From the NCBI RefSeq assembly GCF_009914755.1, contig NC_060927.1: a stretch of DNA of 64,000 bases; one strand, written 5' to 3'. Positions 36,350 to 51,922 of this stretch are shown piece by piece (position 1 is the stretch's first letter; the number at the start of each line of letters is the position of its first letter). This stretch comes from the human T2T-CHM13v2.0 reference genome, Homo sapiens. The position numbers were made by a program, and so were the translations under genes. The notes under the pieces are model-generated. The model was given only the letters and a program-made list of their open reading frames with translations, was not told the origin of the DNA and ran no database searches.

Positions 36350-37690
36350 CGCTGTGATTGCCTCCTTCTCCACATCATCCATTTCGCTCTCTCTTTTGGA
36401 TCCTTCCCATTGGCACAGTGCCATGCTCTAGTGGCTCCAATTTTTAAAACACAAAAAAATCTTTCATTGATCCCACTATTCTCCTGCAGCAACTGCTTCA
36501 TTTCTCTACGTCTTCTCTGCGGAACTTCTTAAAAGCCTTGTCTATAGCAACTTGTCTATAGCTCTATAGCTATAGCTCCTGCCTCCTCTCCTCACCCATG
36601 CCCTGTTCTCTCCCTCACCTGCTCTCCTCTGGGCTTCTGTCTTCTCCACTCCATGAGACTGCTCTTGACATCTTGCCATGACCTCGATTGTCTTCTCAGT
36701 GGCTAACTCCTCTGTTCTACTTGAGCCAGATTTTTTTCCTGGGGTTCTGTGATGCCGTACTGTCTAGGAGTTCCCCTCATCTTGATGGCCACTTCTTCTA
36801 TCCACCCTCATTTCCAGGCTCTGGCTCCTCATGTGACCTCTAAAAGGTTGGCAGTCCCAGGAGATAGGCCTGAGTCCCACCCTCTTTTCTGCCTGTATGC
36901 ACCTCCCTCCATTGCCCAAACCCCGGGGTCTTCTCACTTCCACCCCACAGCTTAAACACCATACATATAGTGATGGTGCACACATTTTGGTATTTCCATC
37001 CTGGCCTTTCCTCAGAGCTCCAAGCTCATACAAACAACTGTCTGGTTGATGTCTTCAGCCATGTGTCTCTCTAGATTTCTGCCCTATGCTGGCTCCTTCA
37101 CTAGTCTCTGCCCCAATACATGGAACTTCTTACCCATTTACTCAGGATGAGAGCCTAGGAGTGATCATCCTTGATTCTCTCTTTTCCTTATTCCTATAAT
37201 CATCACCCCTCTCCCACCCATCCAACTTTTTAGCAACTCCTGTTAACTCTACCTTGAAAACATAGCCCAAATATGCCCATTTCTGTTAATCTCTACCTTT
37301 GCTCACTCTGTCCAAGCCATAATTATCTTTCACTGGGTGAAATGCAATAGCTTCCAAAATGCTTCCATTCCTGCCCTTTATAATCATTGTTTTTGTTGTT
37401 TTGTTTTGTTTTAATTGAACAGCTACAGCTCTTTTTAAAAACCCGAATCCCATCATCCATGCTCCTTGAAACTTTCCAGTGGCCTCCCATTGTACCTGGA
37501 AAGAAAGCCAGACCCCTAGCTGGCCTCACAGGGCAAGGCTCTAGCTCCTTACCTGCCTCACCTCAAAGCATTTTCCCTGCTGGTTCTGCCTCAGGCCTCT
37601 GCACTTGCTGTTCCTTTCTTGCTGCAATGCTTCCCTCCAGGTGGTTTTTACATTCACTTGCATTCCTCAGCCTTCCCTGGTTATTCAATC
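36350..37690 (+). mobile_element. L2 LINE fragment
   Basis: Pyrimidine-rich degenerate L2 motifs (ctaggagtgatcatccttgattctct; ttccagtggcctcccatt; ctcaggcctctgcacttgctgttcc). Confidence 0.65.
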
Positions 37691-37774
37691 TACAGTATTG
37701 GCAGGTGACATCACTTGTCTCAGCGGCTGTATGAGAAATACAAGAGAAAATGAGGCAGTGAGGTTGGACTGGGT

Positions 37775-38100
37775 CAGAGGTTCTCAACCCTGACTGTGTG
37801 CTGGTCCCTTCTGGGAAGCTTTAAAAAGCACACAGAAGCTCAGCCTTACTGCCAAGAATTCTAACTTAGGTCCTGGCATTCTTTAAAGTTCCCCACATGA
37901 TTCCAAAGGACGTGTGGGGTGATAACCTTTGATCCAACCAGTGCTTCCCAAACTTGAACATGCATCCACATCACCTGCATACTGTGTTAAAATGCGGATT
38001 CTGGTCAGGAGGTCTGGGGTGGAGGCTGAGATGCTGCATTTCTGACAAGTTCCCAGGTGATGCTGATGCCGCTGGTGCACGGACCACACTTTAACTAGTG
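37775..38100. mobile_element. MER5-family DNA transposon pair
   Basis: tgcatttctgacaagttcccaggtgatgctgatgccgctggt...ggaccacacttt. Confidence 0.7.
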
Positions 38101-38309
38101 AGGGTCTGAACGATTTCTAGGTCTCCATCCCCTTCTAGCATGCCATGACAGTGGGGAAGGCAGTTCCAAAGCACAGGTGGTATGTTCTGTATTCACCAAG
38201 CATCCTGCACCCCTCCATCTTGTTCATCTTTATCTGTTACAAGTAAGCAATATTTCTGCTGATGGTCAAAATATGTGAAAGCCAAATAAGAATAATGATG
38301 GATCACGTG

Positions 38310-38530
38310 ATATGGTGAAGGGGCATGGACTCCACGATGGGTTCATATTCCAATTCTGTTTCTTACCAGCTGTGTGAGTGTAGGCAAATTACTTAATCTC
38401 TCTGAGCCTTCATTTCCTCGACTCCAAAATGGGGATAATAAACACTGCTTATTTTATTGAGAGGATTAAATGGGTTAATACAGACAAAGCACTTTGCACA
38501 CGATAGGTACCTAATGGATGGCAACTGCTG
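38310..38530 (+). mobile_element. MIR SINE
   Basis: ttaccagctgtgtg...acttaatctctctgagccttcatttcctc...aaaatggggataata core. Confidence 0.7.
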
Positions 38531-41500
38531 TGATCTTGGTGTACTTTGCAAATTGATCTAATCTTGTAATCCAATTGCTGCAGGTCACAGGAACCTTGAT
38601 CTGTGCTTGCTGCAAGGATCATCAAACATAGAGCGGAGTCGGCCTTTGATCTGAATGTCAGGTGACTCCATGACATAAGAAATTTCAAGGCACAGAAACT
38701 TCAAACCAGCCTTAGTGACCTTGCCTGGAGGATGACAGGGGCAGAGAAACCCTTTGTTTCTTCCCTTCTCTGGATTGTTAGATTATCTCCCCATCTCTGT
38801 TCCCTGCCTACTTGCGTAATTTCCCCAGGGACTTTTGGTACAAAACCAGAAAACCTTAACTCTTAAAGTGTTGACTTCAATGCTGCTCTCACACTAGCCT
38901 GTTAGTAGTTATTTATTCATTCAGATATTAATTGGGTGCCTAGGTGCCAGGGACTTCATTGTCTCTATTACCCTGCAGGTTGTCAAGGGGAGGCAGGCGC
39001 TGAACAATAAAAAAAAATATGTAATCACAATTGTGGTGCCATGAAGGAAAAGAAATAGGGTGCACCGCAAGAGAATATTGAAGAGCTGTGATGCCAATGA
39101 TTTTCATGTCAAAAGAGCCTCTGCCTATGTGTAGAATACATTGGAGCAGGCAGGAAGAAGGAGGACAAACAGTTAGGAACCCCAACAGTGGTCCTGGCCC
39201 AGATGGTGGCAATGGAAATGGGGAATCAAGACTGGGAGCCACTTCCCTTAGTCATGGTAAAATGTTGGCTTGTACTTTAAGCTGTTTTGTAATTTTTTCC
39301 CTTTTACTCAATACAGAAGACACCATGTCATCATCACAGAAAATTCTAATCAGCAGTGTGGTTTGGGGCCAGTGTGTTTCCCTCTGTAGGTCTTACTTGT
39401 TTATTCTGTAAAATGGTAGTGGTGGTGGGTGTTGGTGTCAATGGGATCAAGGTTCTTTCTGCTTGTCATTTGAAGACTCCAAGACACATTAACGGTATTC
39501 ACAAATAAGAGATTTTAAGCTTCAAATTAGAAGAAGGTTTAACAATATGGGGAATTAGATTTCTCCCTTTAAGCACTCTTGCCTCCCTTTCACAGGTCAG
39601 TGAAATTATAATCATACTTTCAAGCACAGCCTGCATGAATCAGGAAGGTTCAAGGCCACAGGCCTCTCAAGCCAGAGCCACAAAGCAAAACTGGTCTCTC
39701 TACCCAGGCACCACCCCTAGCTCTAAACCATGGGAATCTGAGAGGTAGCTGGAGCATGACTCACCTGCCAACACTGATAGACAGACACATGCTGGGCCAC
39801 AGTGATACCAGAACCACCTCGTACAAAGGCTGGCAGGAATGATTTACATACCTCAACCTAACATTGAATAGCTTGATTGTCTCACAGAAATTAGTACTAA
39901 AGTAAAAACGTTTAGAAAATAAACCTTCAAATGTTGCAGATTAGGAAACTTAAGACCAGAGATGTCAACTGACCAAGTTAAGGTCACATTGCTGGCTATT
40001 TGGCAAGCCCCAAGAACCTGAATGAAGTTAGATACAAGGAGAATTTCTTTAGGAAAATTACTTTGGGTGGTATTGTAAAGGAGTTGCTTGATGCTGCTAA
40101 AAAAGACACTCAGCCATTAGTTTGGATGTGTCAGTTGAGGCCGAGGTTCTAGTTGGCAGAGTTCCAAGATAGTTGATGCTTCGGTGCCTCTTCTCCGAAG
40201 TATTTCCCATAATCCCCTGGACAGTTCCCTCTAAGAACTCCACTGTCTCAATCCTTTAAGTCTTCTGGATTCAGGGAAACCAAGACCAGTTCCTCCTTAC
40301 AAGAACGCTGGGAACCCCTAATCTCAAGGTTGGTTGGTTTTTTGAAAAAAATTAAAAACGTAGAACAATGCAATTAATAATATACCATATACCCAGGTTC
40401 TAGGCACCCAGAATTAATGACTGTTAACATTTTCTCCCAAGGTATTTTGAGAACCCTTTTTTCTTTAGAATGACTCATGCGTCATAAGACACAGGCTTAA
40501 TCTACCATCGTTTAATCGCCAGATTACCAAATTAGAATATTGAACTAGGACAGGAAAGATAAAATATTCTTATTTTATTTTTTAAAATATGGTACTTAAG
40601 TGGACCACGTGATGAGTTTTGACAAATGCCTATCATTACTTTTCTTTTTTTTTCTCACTTTTTTTAAAAGCAACAAGTCAAGGAATATACTCATCATGTT
40701 TTAAATTGCATTTGCAATTGGAACTGCATAAAAAGGCATTTTAATTTACATAATCTTTTTCTGCTGTTTTCACTTCCTGTTAAAACGGAATAACCTGGGG
40801 ATTTTTATTTTCTGGTAGAAAATGCACAGTTTCAAGAAAGTCAAGAGTAAAGGTTAAGTTTACAGATTTCCAGTGACAGAGATGAAAGGGAACTACGTAA
40901 CTCTGGAAAATAAAAGTTCAGAGTTGCGTTGCTTACAACTTTTTCATTTGTTAAGTTCTAGGAGCAAGTTTGAATGGGGAATCAAGAAGCCTGAATTATA
41001 GAACCAGTGCTGCCAGTAATGCACTGTGTGGCTGCTGGCCCATCACTTTACCTTTTTGGGCTAAAACTCTTTTTGTGCTTTTGGAATAACTTGTGTCCAC
41101 TTTCTCCTTCTTTATGTCTTTTGTTTATAGGTTTGCGTTTTATGCACTGTTAACCAATCAGTCCTGATTCCTCTACCACACGTAGTAAGAGGGTAAGCCG
41201 TGGACATGAAGTGATGCTGCCAAGCTTGGCTAGTGTATGCACACTGCACCTTGCATGGGTGCCGTGAGGGCCCTGGAGGCCATATCTGGACTGGCTCTGG
41301 TCCTGAGGGTCAGAGTTCATCTGCTCCTGGATCCTAGTTTCACCTTCATAGGTTCCTCTGTATATGGACTTGAAATGTGACTTTCTTAGTGATAAGAGTT
41401 GTGGTTTTTATTCATTCACCACAGATGTTGTAAACCCCTACTTTTGTGTAGGGCACCGTTTTTCACTTTTACAGAAGAGGTTACTTTAGCAATTCTTTAA

Positions 41501-41616
41501 ATGTCAGAGCCCTGTGCTGGCTAAAAACTCAACGCTGTATCTCACTTAAAAAACAAAATCAACTCCAAAGCCATCACCTCCATTTGGTAGTATGCTAATG
41601 AAATTGGGACACTGAG

Positions 41617-41878
41617 GGCTGGGTGTGGTGGCTCATGCCTTAATCCCAGCACTTTGGGAGGCCGAGGCAAGTGGATCACTTGAGGTCAGGAGTTCGAGAC
41701 CAGTCTGGCCTCATCTCTACTAAAAATACAAAGATTAGCTGGGTGTGGTGGCATAGGCCTCTAGTCCCACTTACTTGGGAGGCTGAGGCAGGAGAATTGT
41801 TTGAACCTAGAGGCAGAGATTGCAGTGAGTGCCATTGCACTCCAGCCTCTGTCTCAAAAAAAAAAAAAAAGAAAGAAA
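41617..41878 (+). mobile_element. Alu (AluS-like) with internal deletions
   Basis: 17-bp target-site duplication gaaattgggacactgag at 41600 and 41879. Confidence 0.92.
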
Positions 41879-42350
41879 GAAATTGGGACACTGAGGTAAG
41901 CAGCCTTCAATCCTTGCTGAGCATTTGGCCCTAATCCTCTAAATTCTTTTGAGAGTTTAGGGTTTGGACTGAGGGAGTGGGTCAGCTTGGATCAACGCCA
42001 GCACTCTGGATGTCAGCAGTGGCCAAGCGTCTTCCTTCTGACTCTGTAAAGCTGGAGCAATCCTCTTATTGCACAGGTACTGGCACTGTCAGATAGAAAC
42101 GACAGCCCTGGGAGGAGACCTGCAGCACTGACAGTCAGTGGTTCAGACACATGAGCCCGGACCCCAGTGCTGTCATGGACCCGTGCCATGACCTTGGCCC
42201 AATGACTGTTTCCACAGTGGAAACAAACAGTGAAAGTTCCAACCCCAGATGTAGTGACGAAGGTTCATTGCACTTGCACACAGTAGATGCTCAATAAATA
42301 CCCATTACTCAATTAGGGAAATGAAGCACAATATCCATTTTTGGAAAATA

Positions 42351-42356
42351 TTTATT
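42351..42356 (-). terminator. SIAH2: SIAH2 distal polyadenylation signal (AATAAA)
   Basis: tttatt on + strand about 1 kb past the stop, at the end of a repeat-free 3'UTR; GU/U-rich sequence follows. Confidence 0.75.
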
Positions 42357-43349
42357 AAAAAACTAGTGAATGTGGCAGAAAAACAAAACCAACACACAGC
42401 TTTAAATAGCAAGCATATGACACACCGGTTATAAAGCTTTTCCAACTCTACTGATTTAGTCTTTCACACCAGCTACTGTTGAGGAGGGCTTCCGAGGGAA
42501 GCCACGTGTAAACGGGTCATCTGTACTAGTGGTGAGCAAAACTAATTACATGAGAACTATCAATGGCCATATGACTTGCTTTCCTAGGCAATCCACCCAA
42601 AACATAGGTGAGTGGCCAAATCTCAGGCGTGCGTTCATGTGGATCTATAGTTCTAGTTTTAATTTGAGGGTTGGGGGAAGTTAGGGGATGAAACAGTAGA
42701 AAGACAAACAGTATCGGCAGAGGGCAACCTTAAAGCACCTTTAAAATCTGGACCCTTTCCCACAATTTAACCCAGTAATTCTCAAACATTACTGTTGAAA
42801 AGAATCACCTGATGAGACTGTTAAATTGGCAGGCTCCCTAAATCTGCAATTTTAAGATAAGCACTCCGGGTGATTCAGTGTCTATTAGCCAGCCATCCAA
42901 TTTCAGAAACACTGTTTAAAATGCATTAAAACAATTCCTACCTCCCACAAACAAAAGTAAAGGAATCTGCTGACAGTCACTGTGCTTTTGTCAATGTCAA
43001 GGGACCAATATGGGAAGGCAGGCAGGAAGGGGCCTCCCATTCCTAACACACTGATCTATAGAAGCCCTGTGCAACAGCCTGTCAAGTGTTGTTTAGGGAG
43101 TAAATACAATTCAATAAGAGTTGTTTTAGATCACAGAACAGCATCCAAATCACCAACAGGCCAACCCCATTCATCCCAGGTTAATGAACTTTGTTGGGTC
43201 GAAGCCAGATGGGACACTGCTGTTCAAACAAAACACGGGTAATTGTGGGTCCTGACTTGTGAAGACATATGGAATAAAACATCTATAAAAACCTTTATTA
43301 AACATAGAGCACTATGCCCAAATAATTTTGAAGGTTTACGAAAGTCACA

Positions 43350-43907
43350 TCATGGACAACATGTAGAAATAGTAACATTGATTCCAAGGTTCCCATTATC
43401 TGCAAAAAGATGTGCTATGGCTGTGTCGAAAACAAGGCAGTCGCTGTTCATGATGGCCGCAGCCACACCGTCATGAATCGAACGGGGCGTGGCCTCCCAG
43501 GTCAATCTCCGCCGGTTCCCATTCAACTCCAGTCTGTAGGCAAAGTTCTCGGCTTGCTTGCGGGTGCCAATGAGCAGGACGATGGCAAAAAACTGCTGGT
43601 GGCCTTCGTACTTCTCTTGTTTCTCCAGCACCAGCATGAAGTGATGGCCAAAACATGACTGCATCATCACCCAGTCGACAGCCCCTGGCAAGTTAATGTC
43701 TGTAGCTAGAAAGACGATGTCTTCTCCCTGAAGGGTGGTAATGCTCTTGTGGGCGTGCATGAGATGGGACATCACAGCTTCCAGGGACCCCTGCCACTTG
43801 CAGGAAGCACCAGGACATGGGCAGGAGTAGGGACGGTATTCACATATGTCTTCATGTTCTGGTTTCTCCGTATGGTGCAGGGTCAGGGAACAGCCCGTGG
43901 TGGCATA
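43350..43907 (-). CDS. SIAH2: SIAH2 E3 ubiquitin ligase coding exon 2 (zinc fingers and SINA substrate-binding domain)
   Basis: Acceptor tttctttgcag|TAT GCC; 558 nt; [33 protein letters not shown]...[13 protein letters not shown]. Confidence 0.97.
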   Translation of the reverse strand, partial: YATTGCSLTLHHTEKPEHEDICEYRPYSCPCPGASCKWQGSLEAVMSHLMHAHKSITTLQGEDIVFLATDINLPGAVDWVMMQSCFGHHFMLVLEKQEKYEGHQQFFAIVLLIGTRKQAENFAYRLELNGNRRRLTWEATPRSIHDGVAAAIMNSDCLVFDTAIAHLFADNGNLGINVTISTCCP

Positions 43908-46447
43908 CTGCAAAGAAAGAAATGCATTGAGCCATTGGGCCTTCTCAAAACTTCTATTGCTTCAACCCTCTATGAGTACTTAACTACTCCATTTTCCTGG
44001 GCTTAAACTGTGTTCTTAACTACTTTTGCTCAAAGCAAGTGAAATATTCAAGACTAAAAGTCTCCGTCTCTATTCATCATCAATGCTGTCATGCATAAAA
44101 TGAAGGGTATTTCCTGAACCAGAAATACGCTGTTTTCCATGCCCCCTGTTCCGCTGTCAAAGGGATCAGAACTAAAGTTCTCTTACTGTGCACATCTCAA
44201 AATTGTTGAGCAAGCCCTATAAAAGCTGGTCTTCCCCATATTTTCTGTGAAGCTGTTTTTTAAAGAATTCAATTGCTTGGGTGGTGGGGATGGGGTTGGG
44301 CAAGGAATATTATATTATCCCAAGATTAGTTTTCACATATAGACAATATTAACAACAGTATAATTCTGTCGTCCCCCTCCACTGCTTTCTGGCTCAAACT
44401 GGTGACTGGCAGGCAGGCCGTGGGGAAGGCTGCCCTTTGGTTCCTTGCTCTTTGCTGCTGGCATCACCAGGCTAGGGCAGCGGAGGCCTGGAGACCCCTT
44501 CATACAGCTAGAAATATTACCCCACTGCATCCTTTTGACCTTCCCTCTGGGGGGCTTTGCCCATATTTTTTGGGTGGAAGGAAATCACATCCAAGAGCTA
44601 CTTAACTAACTCAGAAGACTACTGGTCAGTCTGGTTCTGGCCAGTAGAGGTTAACATGAGAAGGGCCTAACCCTCCTCTCAAAGCTTGCTGACCCCCAAC
44701 ACTTCCTCAGATTCAAGAGCACATCATTTCATGGTCAGGTATGTCAGGTCCTCACAACAGGCCCGGGAGGAAGCAGAACTAGACAAGTTTGCTGACATGA
44801 TCAGTCTGCCCCTCAGACACTGCCTTAATAGGGTAGGAGAACAAAATCATTTTCTCCCTTGCACTTGGGATGACATTCCTAATGGATAAATCATACCTGC
44901 CGTGGCAAAAGACCACACCAAGAGGAACTGAACTTCTACTCCAGACTCTCACAAGGATGACAGTGTTAATTCCTAGATACCAGATGGAGATCAGCCCACA
45001 AGTAGACACCTGCCCTGAGTACTAAGCTGTTCTGTAAAGAATTAAGAAACCTGAATCACCTTTTCAGGTGAAACTAGGTGTCAGCCTTAGACCCCTGGAG
45101 CACAGAATGGCAGGGGAACTGTCTGGCTAACTACACTTGGATTCCCCTGCTCCACTGAGACATGAAGGCACCAAATAAGGGCAAGGCCAGGTCATTTTTC
45201 TAAGATGCTATGTCCAGTTGCTAAAAAAAAAAAAAAGCACCACTGCTGTTTTTGCTTCTCTCTACCCTGCTTTATAGAATAATCCCCCTTTTAAACTTGA
45301 AGTCGGTCAAATTCTAACCTTCATAGATGAATTTATCACTAGCAACAAGCAGATGGTATGCACTATGTGACTTCTCCATACAAGACGCTAAGTTACAGTC
45401 ACTCAGAGGATTCCGAAGCAAGGATGACAGCCTCCACTCTCAGGGGGATTAGTCTCCCCTAATCGGAAAGGAGAGTGGCTTAAAGAAAGAAATGTAGCTC
45501 ATCCTCCAACCCCCACTTCCCCATACCTAAGCGGATTATAATATTTAACAGAAATTGGCAGAAATATTTCAGTTACTTATTTGCCCATAGGAATTGTTTG
45601 TTCATCTTTTAAAACTCTGAACTAATTTCTAAAGCCTGGCTGTAAAAAAACTCACTCAGGAGAAACAAATTTATTTATCCATGTGTATTCATACTTTGTG
45701 TTCCTTACTTTATAAGGCCTGAAAAACAAATCCCTATTAACTGTGTTTTAAATCTAGGGTGTGGCTAGGAATACAGAGCCTCCTCATGTTCTTCTGTGAG
45801 TGATGGGTGAGACATTTCTGTCCAGTTTAAAAAAACACACACACACAATAAAAATAGCAAGAAATAGCCCAGAGCCTGGCAGAGTCTCGAAACAAGCTCT
45901 CAATATCTGAAGATGTTTCAAGACGAACTTTTCCCCATAGCTGCCCAGGAATGAGATGAACTTTGGCCAATGGCACCCAGAAAGGTACCAGCTGCACCTC
46001 TGCCCAAAGTCCCAAACCACTCCTCATTCATGACGAACTCAACATTTACAGCAAATATTTATCACTTGGCAATCATTTTATAACTTTCCCCACTCAAGTA
46101 GGAGTATTTATACTCTGAATTATTTGATTTGCCTTACAAATCACATATTCAACACTTCTTTCCACCCAAATATACAGAACAGGGAACCTCCCCAAACTGC
46201 ACAAATAGAAAAGGCATTACTTTGCATTTGTGTGGACAACGATCTCATGTTTTTTCATAAGGATCTTGCTACATCCTCTATTAACTTAAATAAATAGTTT
46301 TAAAGCCTTAGGTGCTTACTCTGCTTTTACTGAACAAGCAGAACTTTCATGGCAATCTATCCCTTCTCTTTCCATCATGGGTAAGGTTCATGTCTTCATA
46401 ACAACTGGTGCCACTTTTATGATGACTAAAGTCTAAATTTTAACCCC

Positions 46448-46448
<1 letters not shown>

Positions 46449-46485
<37 letters not shown>
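46449..46485. repeat. (CA)n microsatellite
   Basis: Directly visible. Confidence 0.95.
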
Positions 46486-46487
<2 letters not shown>

Positions 46488-46645
46488 CACATTTCATACT
46501 TCAAGCAGTTTTGGCATTGTTCTGGAATGGCATGTCAGAGCACCATGGGTGTTTTGTCACTTTCATCAGGGGCTCTCATCCAGGGATCCGAGGGAGGACT
46601 TTAGTAGTTTGTGAATTCCCCAAGACTGTATGTAAAACTGTCTAG

Positions 46646-47001
<356 letters not shown>

Positions 47002-47275
47002 TGGGCTTGTGTTTTCTTGAAGAGCTCCAAGGGTTTCTAAGAGTTTCCAGGGCTGAGAACCTCTATCCTAGAGCACACAGAAGGAATCAGCTGTGGATCC
47101 TGCCCTTGTGGTGTTTCCAGTTGAGAAAGACCATATAATAAATTTAACAACTATGTAAAGGAAGACCAGGAGGGCAACAGGTGATTTCAAGGTGGGACAG
47201 GGTGAGGAGGACATGGTAAGGAAAGCTTTATTGTAGACAAGTGGATTGTGGATGGAGTTGTTCCATCTGGTTCTA

Positions 47276-47909
<634 letters not shown>

Positions 47910-48865
47910 ACTCTGATAAGAACTACTCATTCCAATTCTCAAGAATGACAAAACCTGGCTTCCAAGCAGCCACTATCACAGTTGCAAGGAGCGGCCCATG
48001 CCAGCAAGCAGGTCCAGTAGGTCACTGGCCCACCCAATGAGCACTACCAGGGCAACTCAGGAATGCCAGCCTTGCCACACAATCAGAACATGATCGCTAG
48101 CAAAGCACGGAGTTAGACCAGGGAGTCCATTCTACCCGTTTTATTCACTAGAAGCTGGATGCTCCCAGAGTGTGGCTGACTGGTCAGGGCCCTGTGGTCA
48201 TTTGTGGCTTCACAAGGAGCAGAGCCCTGCATTCCCAGGCTGCCCCGCCAGGGTTCTTTCACTGCACACAACAGCTCAGGAGTCAAAGAATCAATATTTT
48301 GGGAAAAATAAACAAATAATTTACATCTGCCTTCACCCCTGGCCACCAACCCAACACACATAAAACTCAGAGTCCACAGATACACTGCTTTTGGAAGCAG
48401 GTTCTAATATTAACTTCTTTGGTTTGCAAGGAGAGAAAAACAGCCCTGAAAGTGCCACTCCCTGAGGAATAACGCAGCAGCATCTCAAATCAGTAACCAG
48501 CCATTAGGCCCTCCCAGCCTTCTCTGGGATCTGGCAAGAAAGTCCTGAGGTTTCACTTCATACTCCAGCTAGGGCTTGCCCCACAAAATGTGAAAAGGTC
48601 AAGGACTTGTGCGTTTAAGCTGGGGAGGGCTTTCCTTTAGATGTCTGGTTCTTAGCTGTACCCTTTTGTTACTGAGAGAAGGCACCTGGGCTGGTTCGCA
48701 GAGGGCTGCCTGTGTCTCCTGGGACAAGCCCACAGCTATAAATGAGATTTCTCCTTAGGGAAATATCTGCTCATTTCCCCAGGGGGAATTAGTTTTAAGT
48801 AAACATCTCTAAGGAACACACACACACACACACTCTGAAAACTAAAGAAGAAAATAGGGAGGTAG

Positions 48866-49194
<329 letters not shown>

Positions 49195-50423
49195 TTGGGA
49201 GGTAGATGATGTCCCAGCAGAATGAGAAACAAAGAGATGTTGAAATCCCATTTCTAACTTCTCTTTACAAACTTTTCATGTTGCAGTGACTCAAAAGTCT
49301 TGTGCAGATGTGTTCTGCCATTGAGATGTGATGTGTAATCCGGACCCTCATTCTTAGATCTTTGCAGAAAGCAGCTAATAGTTCCCATTCTTTTCCTGGG
49401 TGTGGGGTTTGAAGGTTGTATTTAAGTTGGAATTTAGGCAGGGTTTTTCCCTTTTCAGCATAGAAACCCCTTCATACACAAATACACACAACAAGATACA
49501 GCAACACACAGTCAAACACAAGACACCTGTTATTTACCTAATAAACACAGTCACATTATGTTTACTTATGAAATGAGTATGCAAGCAAAATAAGCCTTCT
49601 TAGCCATGGTGCTAGTGAAGGTCATGGATGCTGTCACTGGTTTAGAACAAGTCACTTAACCTATTTAATTAAATCTGATTCCATGCAATTCAAGAATGAT
49701 TTACTGAACCCAGCAATCAACAATCTACTCAATGGGAGCAGCATGTGCTCCACAGCAGAAGCATGGCTCTTTAGGGAACTGTGAGGTAACCACACTGCCT
49801 AGACCGGCTTACGTCCTAGGAAACAGCTGAAATTTATAGCAAAATACCTGCTAGCACCTCAAATGAGAATGTCTTAAGAAAAACAAACCACAATCGATAT
49901 TTTGTTGTTGATGCTCATAAACTTTTGAATTAAATCTAAGAAATGACCTTGTCTTGGAGTTAAAAAAAGCAAATGGCACTTTCTTTCAACCTAAGTAAGT
50001 TGTAATGATCACAGAATGCATACTGATGGCTAAGTGCAATGCATAACTCTAGAATGAGAAACCAAAATTCCTATAAAGGACATTCATTACTGGGGCAAAA
50101 GCTGTAATTTGAATGTGCACTGTGGATTAGATAATAGGATCTGCTGTGTGTCAAATTTCCTGATTTTGATAACTGTGCTATGATTATATAAGAAAATGAT
50201 TTTAGATGAAACACAATGAGGTATTTAGGGGTAAAGGGACAAGATGCCTGCAATTTACATTCAAATGGTTAAAAAAAAGTACGAGCAAAGACAGCACAAA
50301 TGATAAAGCAACTGGAGCAAAAAGGAAATAACTGGTGAATCTGGATAAAGGCTATAAGGGAATTTTTAAATGCTATTATTGCAACTGCTGTGTAAGTATG
50401 AAATCATATCAAAATAAAAACAT

Positions 50424-50735
50424 GGTCAGGCAAGGTGGCTCAAGCCTGTAATCCAAGCACTCTGGGAGGCCGAGATGAAGGGACTGCTTGAGCCCAGGAG
50501 TTCAAGACTAGCCTGGGCAACATAGGGAGACCCCTGTCTCTATAAAAAGTTAAAAAAAAAAAATAGCCAGGCCTTGTGGTGCACACGTGTAGTCCCGGCT
50601 ACTAGGAGGGCAAAGGTGAGAGGATTGCTTGAGCCTGGGAGGTCAAGGCTCAGTGAGCCGTGATTGTACCACCGCCCTCCAGCCTGGGCAACAGACTGAC
50701 AGACACCCTGTCTCAAAAATACATACATAAAAACA
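50424..50735 (+). mobile_element. Alu (AluJ-like) following an L1M 3' fragment (about 50020-50420)
   Basis: Diverged Alu; upstream aaatttcctgattttgataactgtgct L1M-like motif. Confidence 0.82.
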
Positions 50736-51790
50736 TACTAAAGAATCCAGGGACCGAGTTAGCATATTTATCCTTTATGGGACAGAAATGGTTTATGCAG
50801 AATTGGTTGAATGAATTAAGTTTTATCATAATAGTGTTTGTTTTAAAAGAATATATACCTTTAACTACATAACTACATGTAAATGCAACTGAAGTTGGTA
50901 GTTTTTCTTTTACTAGAGGCTATTTGAGACTGTAGTGAACCAATACAATTTTGCAATGAGAAATGAATTGTCATAATAACCAACACTTCTTTGGCCCCTA
51001 TAGAAGACAATGCATTCTCCATTGTCCTCTGATCCTTCTAAAGGTTTGCGGGTGCCTGACAAGTCTGTGGCCTTGGCATGTAGTTTCATTATTCACCACT
51101 CTCAGTGGTCCAAGGTAAACTCCACTTTGTTCTAGACCCATTTGAAAGATGAGCTCCAGGAATAAAATTTACTTAAGCCCCCTTTTTCTTTTGGGAGGTG
51201 AACCTGGAAGTGGGAAGAAGAGATATAGGAGCTCAACTGGAAGGATGAATTTCTGACAGTATAATTTATTATGTATGATTAGCAGATAATTAGGACTTGT
51301 GCAAATGGGAGTTGGCAGCTAAGCCTAGTATAGATCCACATCATGGTAAAAGTTACATTTTAACCATCAGTCAAACTTTTAAAAGGACTTCTAGCAATTC
51401 AAGCTAGCTGTTTTGTGATTTAAAATGTTTACCTGCCCCACAAAGACCACTGAATGATCACAGGTTATTTTCTAGTTAATTTACAGGTTTGTTAATTTTG
51501 CTTATTGGTTCACTGATTCATTGCCTGCTTCTTGCCCACCTAATATTTGTTGATGAATGAATAAATGTTAGATGTATCTGCCGAAGATGGAATGTTTTCC
51601 ACCATGTTAATTTTACTTTAATTAGAAGTTTTACTGTGGGACTTAGAATTTAAAAAAAAATCAATAGATTTTGAGATCATGTAAGAAGAAATGTTTGTTT
51701 TAGATTTCAGGCACTATGGTTTTGTCATTTTTGATGAAAGTGTTTCACATATTTTATTTACATAACTATTTGGAGTGAGAAGATTTAAAA

Positions 51791-51922
51791 ATTTTTTTTT
51801 TTATTGAAATGACGGGGTCTCACTTTGTTAGCCAGGGTAGTCATGAATTCCCGGCGTCAAGCAATCCTCTCACCTCAGTCTCCTAAAATGCTGGGATTAA
51901 AGATGTGAGCCACCATGCCTGG
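51791..51922 (-). mobile_element. Alu monomer (FLAM-like)
   Basis: Left-arm-only Alu. Confidence 0.75.

Noticed and set aside
43908-43913. 'MQ' start of the 187-aa SIAH2 ORF in the track
   Set aside because: TTG CAG is the intron acceptor; the exon begins at 43907.
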